A DNA stretch of 64,000 bases, taken from assembly GCA_963720755.1 (NCBI GenBank), contig CAVRGP010000002.1, positions 352,001 through 416,000 on the forward strand, written 5' to 3'. Both the position numbers and the translations under genes were made by a program. Positions 55,033-64,000 of the stretch are shown here, piece by piece; within the stretch, counting starts at the first letter, position 1; each line of letters opens with the position of its first letter. Under the pieces are notes generated by a model, which saw only the letters and a program-made list of their open reading frames with translations, was not told the DNA's origin and did no database searches. The stretch comes from an uncultured Chloroflexia bacterium (GTDB lineage Bacteria; Chloroflexota; Limnocylindria; Limnocylindrales; CSP1-4).

Positions 55033-55365
55033 TGTCAAGAGTCTCGTTCGCCCGCTGAGGCATTGACCTGACCGCGTGATCAGGCAGCGGCCGCCGTTGC
55101 GTGCCCTGCGGAGCCGTACAGCAACCAGAACTCCGGTTCGGCGACCGACGGCCGGTGGACCCGCGTGTTACCGAGCCTGAACTGCAGTTTGACGGCGCGA
55201 CCGCCCGCCGCGACGACCGGTCCCAACCGGTGAAACCCAACGCCACCAGCTTGTCGTGGAAGATCTCGGCGCGACCACCGTCCCGCGCCGCGGAATCGTC
55301 GGCGCGTTCGAATCGACCTGTCGAAGACGTCTCGGGAACGCTGCGGTGGGGGTGTTTTCGTGACA
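55033..55365 (-). mobile_element. Internally deleted IS21-family element (MITE-like) with istA fragment
   Basis: TGTCA...TGACA ends; flanks AGTTCG/AGTCG; fragment HDKLVALGFTG.DRSSRRAVA / RVHRPSVAEPEFWL. Confidence 0.65.
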
Positions 55366-55478
55366 AGTCGATCGGCCCGAGCGGTGGTCGCGAGACCGGT
55401 CGCCGGACATACTGGAGCGGTGTTGACCTGCCCACGCCGACTCGTCTCTGTCCGCAGCGCACCCGCCAGGGCCGGGTC

Positions 55479-55811
55479 GTGACGTCGAGCAAGAAAAAGC
55501 ACCATCCGAGGGTGGTGTCCCCGCCGCGCCCCACCCCACCGGCGGTCATCCGGCCCACGACCACGACCAACACCACCACCACCACCACCACGACAGGATC
55601 GCGGTCGACGAGATCGGTCTGGATCGCGCGGGTCCTCGGTTTGTTCGCCCTCATCGCGGGTATCACGATGACTTTGATCGGTGTGACCCCCGACATCCTC
55701 GGTGGCTGGGGAAAGTTGGGGCTGATGGTGCCCGGGATGGTGCTCGCCGCTGGTGGGTTGATTGCCGTTGTCGAGACGACGTCCTGGGCCAGGAGCAAAC
55801 GCCGACGCTGA
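55479..55811 (+). CDS. Small 2-TM hypothetical protein with poly-Thr tract
   Basis: ACC/ACG repeat at ~55558-55594, then two hydrophobic helices; start uncertain. Confidence 0.5.
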   Translation: MTSSKKKHHPRVVSPPRPTPPAVIRPTTTTNTTTTTTTTGSRSTRSVWIARVLGLFALIAGITMTLIGVTPDILGGWGKLGLMVPGMVLAAGGLIAVVETTSWARSKRRR

Positions 55812-55819
55812 CGAATCGA

Positions 55820-56798
55820 TCAGCGTCCCGATACCGAGAAGTGCTGGTAGTCAACAGGTCCGGACCAGGTCCCACCCCATGTCCAGCCGCTCGCGGCGAA
55901 CGTTGCGACGGTGGGATCACCCGCCCGGATGACGCCCGACCCCGGAGCCCTGTCCAGGTAGCCGCGGCCCGGTTCCGGCAGCACCAGATCGCCGCTGACG
56001 TAGGGGTTCTGCACCGGGTTGAGGTCGATCGCCGTGCCATAGGAATGCTCGGAGAACCCGCCCCCGCCGGTGACCGGGCGGCAGTTGAACGCGGACGTGT
56101 TGTCAGCTGCCATCGAGGCATCGTCGCTGCCGCCGAAGTCGTCGACCAACCGCATCGACGCGATGGGGTAGCCGGCGCGCGTACAGCGCCTCGAAGATGG
56201 TCGCCACATCGGCGGTCACCGAGGAGGCGACCACCAGTTCGCCGTTGTGGTCGGCGCCGTCGAAGCCCCGGTAGGTCACCGTCAGGTACCGCAGATCCGA
56301 CAGCGGCACCGGGCAGCCGGGCCGCCAGCTGCTGGCCATCCGGTCGGCCAGTGGCCCGTCGATCTCGCTGACCGAGCTGCTGTAGCCGGCCGGTTCACCG
56401 GCACCGGGATCGGTATCACCGACGTCGGCGGGCGGACCCGCGTCGGATGTCGGCCCGGGTTCGCCATCCTGCGCAGGAACCGACCCGGCCGTCGTATCGA
56501 CCGGGCCGGCGGGGTCGTCGGCCGGTGGTGGGGGTATCGACGTGCCGTCCGCGTCGGGTGAGGGGCTGCTGTCGAGGGGGAGGACGCCGCCATCGGTGGC
56601 CTGCTCGCCGTCGGTGGCCGGACCACCTGCACCGGACTGCGCGCCATCGCCGGGCGGTGCCGCTGCGGCCCGGCTGAGGATCGGGTCGGCCTGGCTCGGT
56701 GTGGTCGACACGGTGGTCAGGGTGCTGGCGGCCTGCCCGCAGCCGGCGAGCAACGCGGCCACAGCCACGGCGGCGGCGAGTCGACGTCTGCCTGTCAT
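55820..56798 (-). CDS. M15-family (D-Ala-D-Ala carboxypeptidase-like) lipoprotein (frameshift near 56180)
   Basis: Lipobox LLAGC, SWRPGCPV, NTSAFNCR, SEHSYGTAIDLNP.QNPY, WGGTW..DYQHF. Confidence 0.85.
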
Positions 56799-56849
56799 CC
56801 CTCCACGGTCGCACGGGCGGCGCGCTCTTCGCGCCCTACGCTGACCATC

Positions 56850-57818
56850 GTGGCCCACCGATACCCGCCCATCGAGCCCTTCGACCGGGGTCTGCTCGAC
56901 GTCGGTGACGGGCAGCGGATCGGGTGGGAGGTCAGTGGGAACCCCGCAGGCAAGCCCGTGCTTGCCCTGCACGGCGGCCCGGGCGGCGGCAGTTCGCCGC
57001 GGCGGCGACGCTTCTTCGATCCAGACGCCTACCTGCTCGTCCAGTTCGACCAGCGCGGCTGCGGGCGAAGCACCCCGTCGGCGGCGGACTCGAGCACCGA
57101 CCTGGCCACCAACACCACCCACCACCTGATCGCAGACATCGAGCGGCTCCGCGCGCACCTGCGCATCGAACGCTGGCTGGTCTGGGGCGGATCGTGGGGT
57201 GTGACGCTCGGCCTCGCCTACGCCCAGCGGTACCCGGAACGGGTGACGGAGATGGTGCTGGTGTCGGTCACACTGGCCCGGGCCGCGGATGTGCACTGGC
57301 TCTATCACCAGGCGGGGCGGTTCTTCCCCGCGGAGTGGTCCCGGTTCCGGGCCGGCGCCGGCATCGACCCGGCCGCTCCGGACGACGGTGTCGACCTCGT
57401 CGCCCGCTACCACCACCTCCTCAACGTCGACCCCGACCCCGCGGTGCGTGCCCGGGCCGCGCAGGACTGGTGTGACTGGGAGGACGCCGTCGTCTCGCTC
57501 GAGCAGGGATGGACGCCGAACCCGAAGTACCGCGACCCGGCCTACCGGATGGCGTTCGCCAGGTTGTGTGCGCACTACTTCTCGCATGCCGCCTGGTTGG
57601 ATGACGGCGAGCTGCTGCGTGGAGCCCACCGGCTCGCGGGAGTCCCTGGCGTCCTGATCCACGGGCGATTCGACATCGGCGGCCCACCGGACGGAGCGTG
57701 GGAGCTCGCCCGCGCCTGGCCCGGCGCCGAGTTGCACCTGGTCGGAACCGGGCACACCGGAGGCGGCGACATGACGGAGTTGATGATCAACGCGTTGGAC
57801 CGGTTCGGCCGGCCCTAG
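56850..57818 (+). CDS. pip: Proline iminopeptidase
   Basis: LHGGPG, FDQRGCGRSTP, GGSWG, HGRFD, GH. Confidence 0.88.
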   Translation: MAHRYPPIEPFDRGLLDVGDGQRIGWEVSGNPAGKPVLALHGGPGGGSSPRRRRFFDPDAYLLVQFDQRGCGRSTPSAADSSTDLATNTTHHLIADIERLRAHLRIERWLVWGGSWGVTLGLAYAQRYPERVTEMVLVSVTLARAADVHWLYHQAGRFFPAEWSRFRAGAGIDPAAPDDGVDLVARYHHLLNVDPDPAVRARAAQDWCDWEDAVVSLEQGWTPNPKYRDPAYRMAFARLCAHYFSHAAWLDDGELLRGAHRLAGVPGVLIHGRFDIGGPPDGAWELARAWPGAELHLVGTGHTGGGDMTELMINALDRFGRP

Positions 57819-57849
57819 CTGCCCCGGGGCGGCGGATCGTGCCTCAGAA

Positions 57850-58371
57850 TCAGGACTGGACCGGCTCCGAGAGCGGCTGCGCGGTTTCGGCGGAGATGTC
57901 GCCCAGCGCCGTCAGGTGTCGGCGATCGATCGCCGTGACCTTCCCCACCCGGCGGCGGTACTTCTCCTCGCCACCCGGGCCGCCGAGGTAGTCGGTGCTC
58001 ATCCAGACCCGGACGATGTCCAGGGCGATCGCCGAGCCGATGATCTTGCCGCCCAGGCAGAGTGCGTTGGTGTCGGAGTGCGAGCGGGCGAGCCCGGCGC
58101 AGAACGGGTCCTGGCACACCGCAGCGAAGACACCGCTGACCTTGTTCGCGATCATCGCGCTGCCGTAGCCGACGCCGTCGACGAAGATGCCCCGCTCGAC
58201 CTCGCCGCGGCCGATCGCCAGTGCGGCCGGATACGCGAAATCGGGTAGATCGCAGGCATTCTCGTCGTGGGTGCCGAAGTCGACGACCTCGTGGCCCTCG
58301 CTCTCCAACAGCCGGCGGATCTCCATCTTCAACGAGTACCCGGCATGGTCGTTGGCCATCGCGATCAGCAT
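57850..58371 (-). CDS. RpiB/LacA/LacB-family sugar-phosphate isomerase
   Basis: NDHAGY.LK, VVDFGT, ANKV.G, ARSH...N.LCLG; AGAGGAG RBS. Confidence 0.85.
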   Translation of the reverse strand: MLIAMANDHAGYSLKMEIRRLLESEGHEVVDFGTHDENACDLPDFAYPAALAIGRGEVERGIFVDGVGYGSAMIANKVSGVFAAVCQDPFCAGLARSHSDTNALCLGGKIIGSAIALDIVRVWMSTDYLGGPGGEEKYRRRVGKVTAIDRRHLTALGDISAETAQPLSEPVQS

Positions 58372-58522
58372 CGCCCGCTCCTCTGACTCGGTTTCGCCGC
58401 GACTGTCGCCTCGGCATGGCCGCGGCGGCGGCGACCCGCCGATCACCGTAGCCGCGCTCGCATCCTGCCGCGTGTCGGCGGACCGCGGAACCGGCCGCTG
58501 ACCGTTGGCGGGGTGAGATGGA

Positions 58523-58555
58523 AGCGGGGCCCGGCGCAGCGCGCTGGGCCCCGCT
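58523..58555. terminator. Strong GC hairpin
   Basis: AGCGGGGCCC-GGCGCAGCGCGCT-GGGCCCCGCT. Confidence 0.6.
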
Positions 58556-59003
58556 GTGCGGTGGGGGGCCCAGGTGAACGCCTCGATGCGCTCACACCGG
58601 ACGCCGGTATGACTCCCGGTCCCGTCGCCGCCATGGAACCCTGCGGTCCCGACTGCGCGACGTCCGCCCGCCGCGCCTGAGAACGAAGCCCGGACCCGCA
58701 TCCGATGTCACGGTCGGGGGAGCGACGGTGATCCGCCGCCGGACGTCCGGTCCAGCTCTCCGGCGCACTCCAGGTTGTTCGGTCCGCCTCGGTGGGTTCA
58801 CCTCAACGGTCGCGTCGCCCTTCGTGTGCCACCTGTCTACTCGTGTCGTTACCTGCTGGCAAGACAGCCGTCACAACTGGATCGATCAACGTGCCACGGC
58901 GTCTACATCGAGTCCGGCGGGTCGTCGGTCGGATGCCTCCGTCCTACGAGCGGGCGGTCGCTCACCGCTGGTCGTCCGCGGGCGAGACGGCACAATGGCC
59001 GGC

Positions 59004-59864
59004 ATGCCGTTGCCGCAGCAGGACACCGCCGTCACGTTCCCGTCCGGCGGGTTGACCGGCCGCAGCGTTGTCGAGTTCATGGAGCCCCGCGACGGACGCA
59101 CCCTGGTGCTCACCCGGCAGACCCCGTTCCACCCGGTGGATCCGCGCTGGCCCGACCAAGGGCCGGACCAGGGCTCGATCGACGTCGACGGCCTGCCGAT
59201 CACCGTGCTGGAATGCATCGTCGGCGCGACCGATGGTGCGGCGCTGTTCGTGGGTGACGACATTCCGGTGCGGCGCGGCGAACCGGGGTGGGCGTTTGTG
59301 GTGGTGCATCTGCTGCCGGACGGCGCCGTCATCGACGAGGGCGACGAGGTGCAGCTCAGCGTGGATCCGGCTTACCGGTCGGCATTGTCGGCCGGGCACA
59401 CCGGTTGTCATCTGGCGGCGATGGCGCTCAATGCGGCGCTGGCCAACCGGTGGCGAAAGCCGGTGCGGGCCGATGGCCTGGGGCACCCGGACTTCGACCA
59501 GCTGGCCATCGTCTCGTCCCGGATCGAGCCTGATCGTGCCGTCGACACCTATCGGATCGGCCGCTCGCTGCGGAAGAAGGGCTTCGATGGCGACGGGCTG
59601 GGCCACGCTCTGCCCGGCATCATCGCCGATGCGAATTCCAGGCTCGCTTCGTGGGTCGCGACCGGCGCGCCGATCGAGGTCCGGGTCAGCGGGCCGGGTC
59701 TGACCGATCTGCGGGAATGGGTCTGTGCACTGCCCAGCGGGACTCAGCAGATCCCCTGCGGCGGAACCCATCTGGGTTCGTTGGCCGAGGTCGACAGCGT
59801 CGCCGTTGCGATCGAGCTCGACGAGGAACTGGGGGAGCTGGTGATGCGGACCTCTGTTCGCTGA
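59004..59864 (+). CDS. AlaX-like tRNA-editing/metal-dependent hydrolase
   Basis: TPFHP...DQG, HTGCH, PCGGTH; probable leaderless start after CACAAT. Confidence 0.8.
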   Translation: MPLPQQDTAVTFPSGGLTGRSVVEFMEPRDGRTLVLTRQTPFHPVDPRWPDQGPDQGSIDVDGLPITVLECIVGATDGAALFVGDDIPVRRGEPGWAFVVVHLLPDGAVIDEGDEVQLSVDPAYRSALSAGHTGCHLAAMALNAALANRWRKPVRADGLGHPDFDQLAIVSSRIEPDRAVDTYRIGRSLRKKGFDGDGLGHALPGIIADANSRLASWVATGAPIEVRVSGPGLTDLREWVCALPSGTQQIPCGGTHLGSLAEVDSVAVAIELDEELGELVMRTSVR

Positions 59865-59880
59865 CCGAGGGTGACAGCCA

Positions 59881-61092
59881 TCAGCCGGCCGGCAGAGCCG
59901 CGGTCACCGGTCGCTCCCAGTCGATGTGATACCGCTGTTCGGCCCCCACCAGTCGTTCCGGACGCATCAGGGTCCTGGCCATCAGCGGCATCATCAGGCC
60001 CATCATCCGGGTGGCCATCGGCCCCATCGCCTTGCTGTTGTTGGTTTTCGCGGCCCGCGCAGCGACCTTCTCCACCCGGGTCCGGCGGAGCCGCTCGAAA
60101 GCAGCGAATGCCGTCGCCGGGTCCTTCAGATCCCGAAGGCATTGCGCCAGTTGGACCCCGCTCTCGATGGCCAGGGACGCGCCCTGGCCGGAGCTGGGCG
60201 ACGGGGCGTGCGCGGCGTCGCCCACCAGCACCAGCCGGCCGCGGTGCCAACGCCGCGCGGTCGGCATGATCTCGGTCGAGCCGAAGGCGGCGAAGCTCGC
60301 CGGATCGGTGTGCGCCAGCAGGTCCCGCCCCGGGGTGTCGTCGGCGTAGGCGACCCGGAGTTGGTCGAGCCATTGCGTGGCCGGGATCTGCCGGGCCTGG
60401 GAGAGTGAGATCTGTTGCTGCGATGGCAGATTGCTGAACCAGGCCGTCGTGCCGTCCGGCTGCGACCAGTACCCGAGAAAGCCGCGCCGCCCGAAGGAGA
60501 AGTACATGGCATCGCTTCGAGAAGGAACCGCGGTGGCGGCGGTGGCACCGAAATTCAACAGCGGCACATGGCGGGGTGCGGGAGCCTCTGGGTCGATCAG
60601 GTTTCGTACCGTGGAGTGGATGCCGTCCGCCCCGATCAGCACGTCACCGGTGGCGGTGCTGCCGTCGGCGAATCGGGCGGTCACCCCTGACGGCGATTCG
60701 TCGACACCGACAAGCCTGGTGCTGCTGTGGATCTCGATACCCTCGGCCAGCACCTGATCGCGGAGCACCCCGAACAGATCACTGCGCCAGACCGCCCGGC
60801 TCGGCTCCAGGCCGTCCAGTCCCGGCAGTTCACCGAGCCGGCGGCCCCGGCCGTCGGTCATGATCATGGTGGTCATCGGCAGTCCGATCCCGCGGACCGC
60901 GTCGTCGGCTCCGACGATGCGCAGCGCGTCCAACCCGTTGGGGGCGACGTTCAACATGCCGCCCGGCCCGTCCGGTACGCCGGTGGTCGCCTCGAAGACG
61001 GTGGCCCCGATCCCTGCTCGTTGCAGGGCGAGTGCCGTGACAGGTCCGCCGATGCCGCCGCCGATCACCAGTGCCGTTTTGACGCTGCTCAT
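59881..61092 (-). CDS. FAD-dependent monooxygenase
   Basis: VIGGGIGG, IGADGIHS, VGDAAH..SPSSGQGASLAIE. Confidence 0.9.
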   Translation of the reverse strand: MSSVKTALVIGGGIGGPVTALALQRAGIGATVFEATTGVPDGPGGMLNVAPNGLDALRIVGADDAVRGIGLPMTTMIMTDGRGRRLGELPGLDGLEPSRAVWRSDLFGVLRDQVLAEGIEIHSSTRLVGVDESPSGVTARFADGSTATGDVLIGADGIHSTVRNLIDPEAPAPRHVPLLNFGATAATAVPSRSDAMYFSFGRRGFLGYWSQPDGTTAWFSNLPSQQQISLSQARQIPATQWLDQLRVAYADDTPGRDLLAHTDPASFAAFGSTEIMPTARRWHRGRLVLVGDAAHAPSPSSGQGASLAIESGVQLAQCLRDLKDPATAFAAFERLRRTRVEKVAARAAKTNNSKAMGPMATRMMGLMMPLMARTLMRPERLVGAEQRYHIDWERPVTAALPAG

Positions 61093-61694
61093 GTCCCACT
61101 CCCGAATCGTGCGGTGTGTTCCTGCCATTGCCTGACGTGTTCCGGGTCCTGCAGACCGGCGATGAGATGGGTGACGAACGTCGACTCCGTTTCCAGCCGC
61201 GCCAGCCGGTAGTCGTCCTCGATCAGGAACAACCAGGCGACGCCGCTCGCCGCGGCGCCGTCCCTGATCGACCGGGTTTGCTCGATGTCGGCGGCCAGCG
61301 ACGCCAGCCTGGTGGTCAGCAGTTCGACGGCTTCCGCCGGTGACAACACCGCGAGTAGCGACAGTGCGACCCCGAACTGCTGATACTCGGGCTGTGGCTC
61401 GGAGACGAGTTCCCGCATCCAGTCGTGCAATTCCGCCCGGCCGCTGTCGGTCAGTGCGTAGACCGTCCGCTCCGGCCGTTGGGTGTCCCGGACCGTCTCC
61501 TGTTCGCCGACGAAACCGGCCTTGCGCAGCTGCTGCACCACCATGTAGAGCGAGCCACGGTTGAACTTGACGCTGCGGTCCATCCCGGTTTCCTGCAGTC
61601 GCCGACCGAGCTCGTAGGGATGCATCGGGCCGGTGACCAGCCAGGCGAGCACGGCCAACGCCAACGGGTTCGCCACCTTGCGCCGTTTCGCCAC
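61089..61694 (-). CDS. PadR-family regulator
   Basis: PMHPYE, RGSLY, RPERTVYALTDSG. Confidence 0.88.
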   Translation of the reverse strand: MAKRRKVANPLALAVLAWLVTGPMHPYELGRRLQETGMDRSVKFNRGSLYMVVQQLRKAGFVGEQETVRDTQRPERTVYALTDSGRAELHDWMRELVSEPQPEYQQFGVALSLLAVLSPAEAVELLTTRLASLAADIEQTRSIRDGAAASGVAWLFLIEDDYRLARLETESTFVTHLIAGLQDPEHVRQWQEHTARFGSGT

Positions 61695-61728
61695 CGTGTC
61701 TCCCGACGTCAAACCCTGTCAATGTGCT

Positions 61729-61772
61729 TAGTTGACATCAACTATCCAGTACCAATTAGTCGATGTCAACTA
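61729..61772. promoter_or_regulatory. Two palindromic operators upstream of PadR
   Basis: TAGTTGACATCAACTA (61729-44) and TAGTCGATGTCAACTA (61757-72). Confidence 0.75.
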
Positions 61773-61809
61773 TAAGGTGATGACGGCGGCGTGCGGGTGA
61801 TGAATCTGC

Positions 61810-63007
61810 TCAGGCGCCGAAGCCTGGGTCCGCGACATCCTCGGCAGCCTGCAGGACTCGCAGGATGTTGCCGCAGGTCAGCGCCGCCAGGTCGGCGTCC
61901 GACCAGCCGCGGCCCGCCAGCTCGGCCAGCAGGGCGGGGTAGGTGGAGACGTCCTCGAGCCCGACCGGCAGGCTCTCGGTGCCGTCGTAGTCGCCACCGA
62001 GGCCGATGTGCGCGACGCCGGCGACCTCCCTGGCGTGTTCCACGTGGTCGGCCACCTGTGCGAGAGTGGCCGTCGGTTCGGGGTTCTCGGCCTGCCAGGC
62101 GGCGAGTTCGGCCACTGCTGCCGGGTCGAGGTGCTCGCCGGCGTGCTCGGTGTAGATGGTCACCTTGTCCAGCCCCAGCTCGCGGCGCCGCGCGTCCTCG
62201 GCCGCGCCCCGGTCGGCGCAAGCCTGGGAGACGAAGTCCGGCACGAACGTGATCATGATGACGCCACCGTTGTCGGCCAATCGTCGCAGCACCGCATCGG
62301 GAGCGTCCCGTACGTGGTCGGTCAGCGCCCGGCACGACGAATGCGAGAAGATCACCGGCGCCCGTGAGACGTCCAGTGCCGCAGCCATCGTGGCCGGCGC
62401 GACGTGTGAGATGTCGACGATCATGCCGATCCGGTTCATCTCGGCGACCACCTCGCGGCCGAAGTCCGACAGCCCGCCCACCGCGGGAACGTCGGTCGCG
62501 GCGTCCGCCCACGGCACGTTCTGGTTGTGGGTGAGCGTCATGTAGGCAACGCCGAGCCGGCGCAACATCCGCAGCACGCCCAACGAATTGTCGATGCTGT
62601 GCCCGCCCTCGGCTCCGAGCAGGGCCGCGATCCGGCCGTCGGCGATGGTGGCCCGCACCTGGGTGGCCGTGCGGGCGGCCCGGAAGGTCTCCGGGTGTGC
62701 GGCGACAATCCTTGCCACACAGTCGATCTGCTCCAGCGTCGCGGTCACCGCTGCGCCGCCGGGCAGGGTGCCGGGAACGTAGACCGAGAAGAACTGGGCG
62801 CCGACGCCACCGGCCCGCAGCCGCGGGATGTCGGTGTGCAGCAACGGCTGTCGAGTGGTGATGTCGCGCTGCGGCGAAGTCGTAGGCGACCTGTTTGCGC
62901 AGCGCCCAGGCGAGGTCGTTGTGGCCGTCGAACACCGGTGCCCGCCGCAGCAGGTCGGTGATCCGCTGCTCGATGGTCCCGTCGTTGATCACCACGTCGC
63001 TGCCCAT
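61810..63007 (-). CDS. M19 membrane dipeptidase (frameshift near 62865)
   Basis: [39 protein letters not shown]. Confidence 0.88.
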
Positions 63008-64000
63008 CACAGCGTCGCCAGTCGTCGGACGGCCTCGTCGATGATCTCGTCCCGTTTGCAGAAGGCGAACCGGACGAACGGTTTGCCGTCGCGCGGGTCG
63101 TCGTGGAACACCTCGTCGGGCACCGCGACGACGCCGGCCCGATGGGGCAGGTCGAGGCAGAACGTCATCCCGTCGTCGTGCCCGAGCGGCCGGATGTCGG
63201 TCATCACGAAGTAGGTGCCCTGCGGCCGGTAGACCCCGAAGCCGGCCGCCGTCAGCCCCGCGCAGAGCCGATCCCGCTTGTCCTGCAGGCTGTTGCGCAG
63301 CTCCCGCACCCACTCCATCTCGGTCAGCAGCGCCTGGGCGACGGCGGGTTGGAACGGCGCCCCGCCGACGTAGGTGAGGAATTGCTTGGCCGCCCGGACC
63401 GCGGCGATCAGCGGGTGCCGGCCCGCAGGCCCAGCCGATCTTCCAACCGGTGGCGTTGAACGTCTTGCCGGCGCTGGAGATGGTGACGGTGCGCTCGGCC
63501 ATCCCGTCGAAGGTGCGCCAGCGGCAGGTGCTCGGCGTCGTCATAGACGAGGTACTCGTAGACCTCGTCGGTGAGCACGATCAGGTCGTGCCGGATCGCG
63601 ACCGCGGCGATGCCGGTCAGGTCCGTCCCGGGTGAGCACGGTGCCGGTCGGGTTGTGCGGGGTGTTGAGGATCAGCAGCCGGGTCCGCGGCCCGACGGCT
63701 GCCTCGAGTTCGTCCAGGTCCAGGGCGAACCGGCCGGTGGCGTCCGGCCGCAACGGCACCGATCGATGGCTGCCGCCGGCCATCGCGACGATCGGCGGGT
63801 ACGAGTCGTAGTGCGGCTCCAGCATCAGCACCTCATCGCCCGGTTCGCAGAGCGCCAGGACAGCCGCCGCCAGGGCCTCGGTGGCGCCGACCGTGACCAG
63901 CACCTCGGTGTCCGGATCGAAATGCTGTCCGTGGTCGCGGAGCCTCGCCTCCGCGATGGCCTGCCGCAGGGCCGGGATGCCCGGCCCGGGCGGGTACTGG
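63007..64000 (-). CDS. Class I PLP aminotransferase, DapC-like (5' end outside window, frameshifted)
   Basis: QYPPGPG, VTVGATEA, NTPHNPTG, DEVYE, SSAGKTFNATGWKIGW, VRFAFCK. Confidence 0.85.

Noticed and set aside
53873-55798. 641-aa extended LigC
   Set aside because: The real start is GTG at 54940; the extension runs through the IS remnant and antisense to another ORF
58590-58830. Glycine riboswitch or Ms1 RNA
   Set aside because: Only isolated GGAGAG and TCTCAGG words; the CGAAG core is absent, and the Ms1 motifs and synteny I recall are missing

Overview
64 kb of chromosome from a very GC-rich actinobacterium (gene content suggests Nakamurella or a relative; inference). It is mostly housekeeping and accessory metabolic genes: gluconate uptake, ABC and MFS transporters, DEAD-box helicase, malic enzyme, arylsulfatase with formylglycine-generating enzyme, Lhr-Nei, a CstR-type persulfide detox cluster, msrB, Prim-PolC/LigC, a DUF222/HNH gene, peptidases and a PadR/monooxygenase pair. 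Many genes are broken by single extra bases in patches, which looks like long-read error rather than real pseudogenes. The best candidate for an undescribed system is 9.5-17.9 kb: a soluble histidine kinase (SnoaL-like domain plus six GAF domains) with two response regulators. It is divergent from a cassette encoding an FMN-binding protein, a non-heme haloperoxidase, a fluoroacetate-dehalogenase-like hydrolase and a cupin, and a 22-bp near-identical motif lies upstream of two cassette genes. Smaller finds: a 24-codon coupling ORF, an internally deleted HAD gene, a 333-bp IS21-derived element, unlisted small proteins, several operator palindromes and an RpiB with an altered catalytic motif. No rRNA, tRNA or CRISPR array was seen. 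All family calls come from motif recognition, not database searches.
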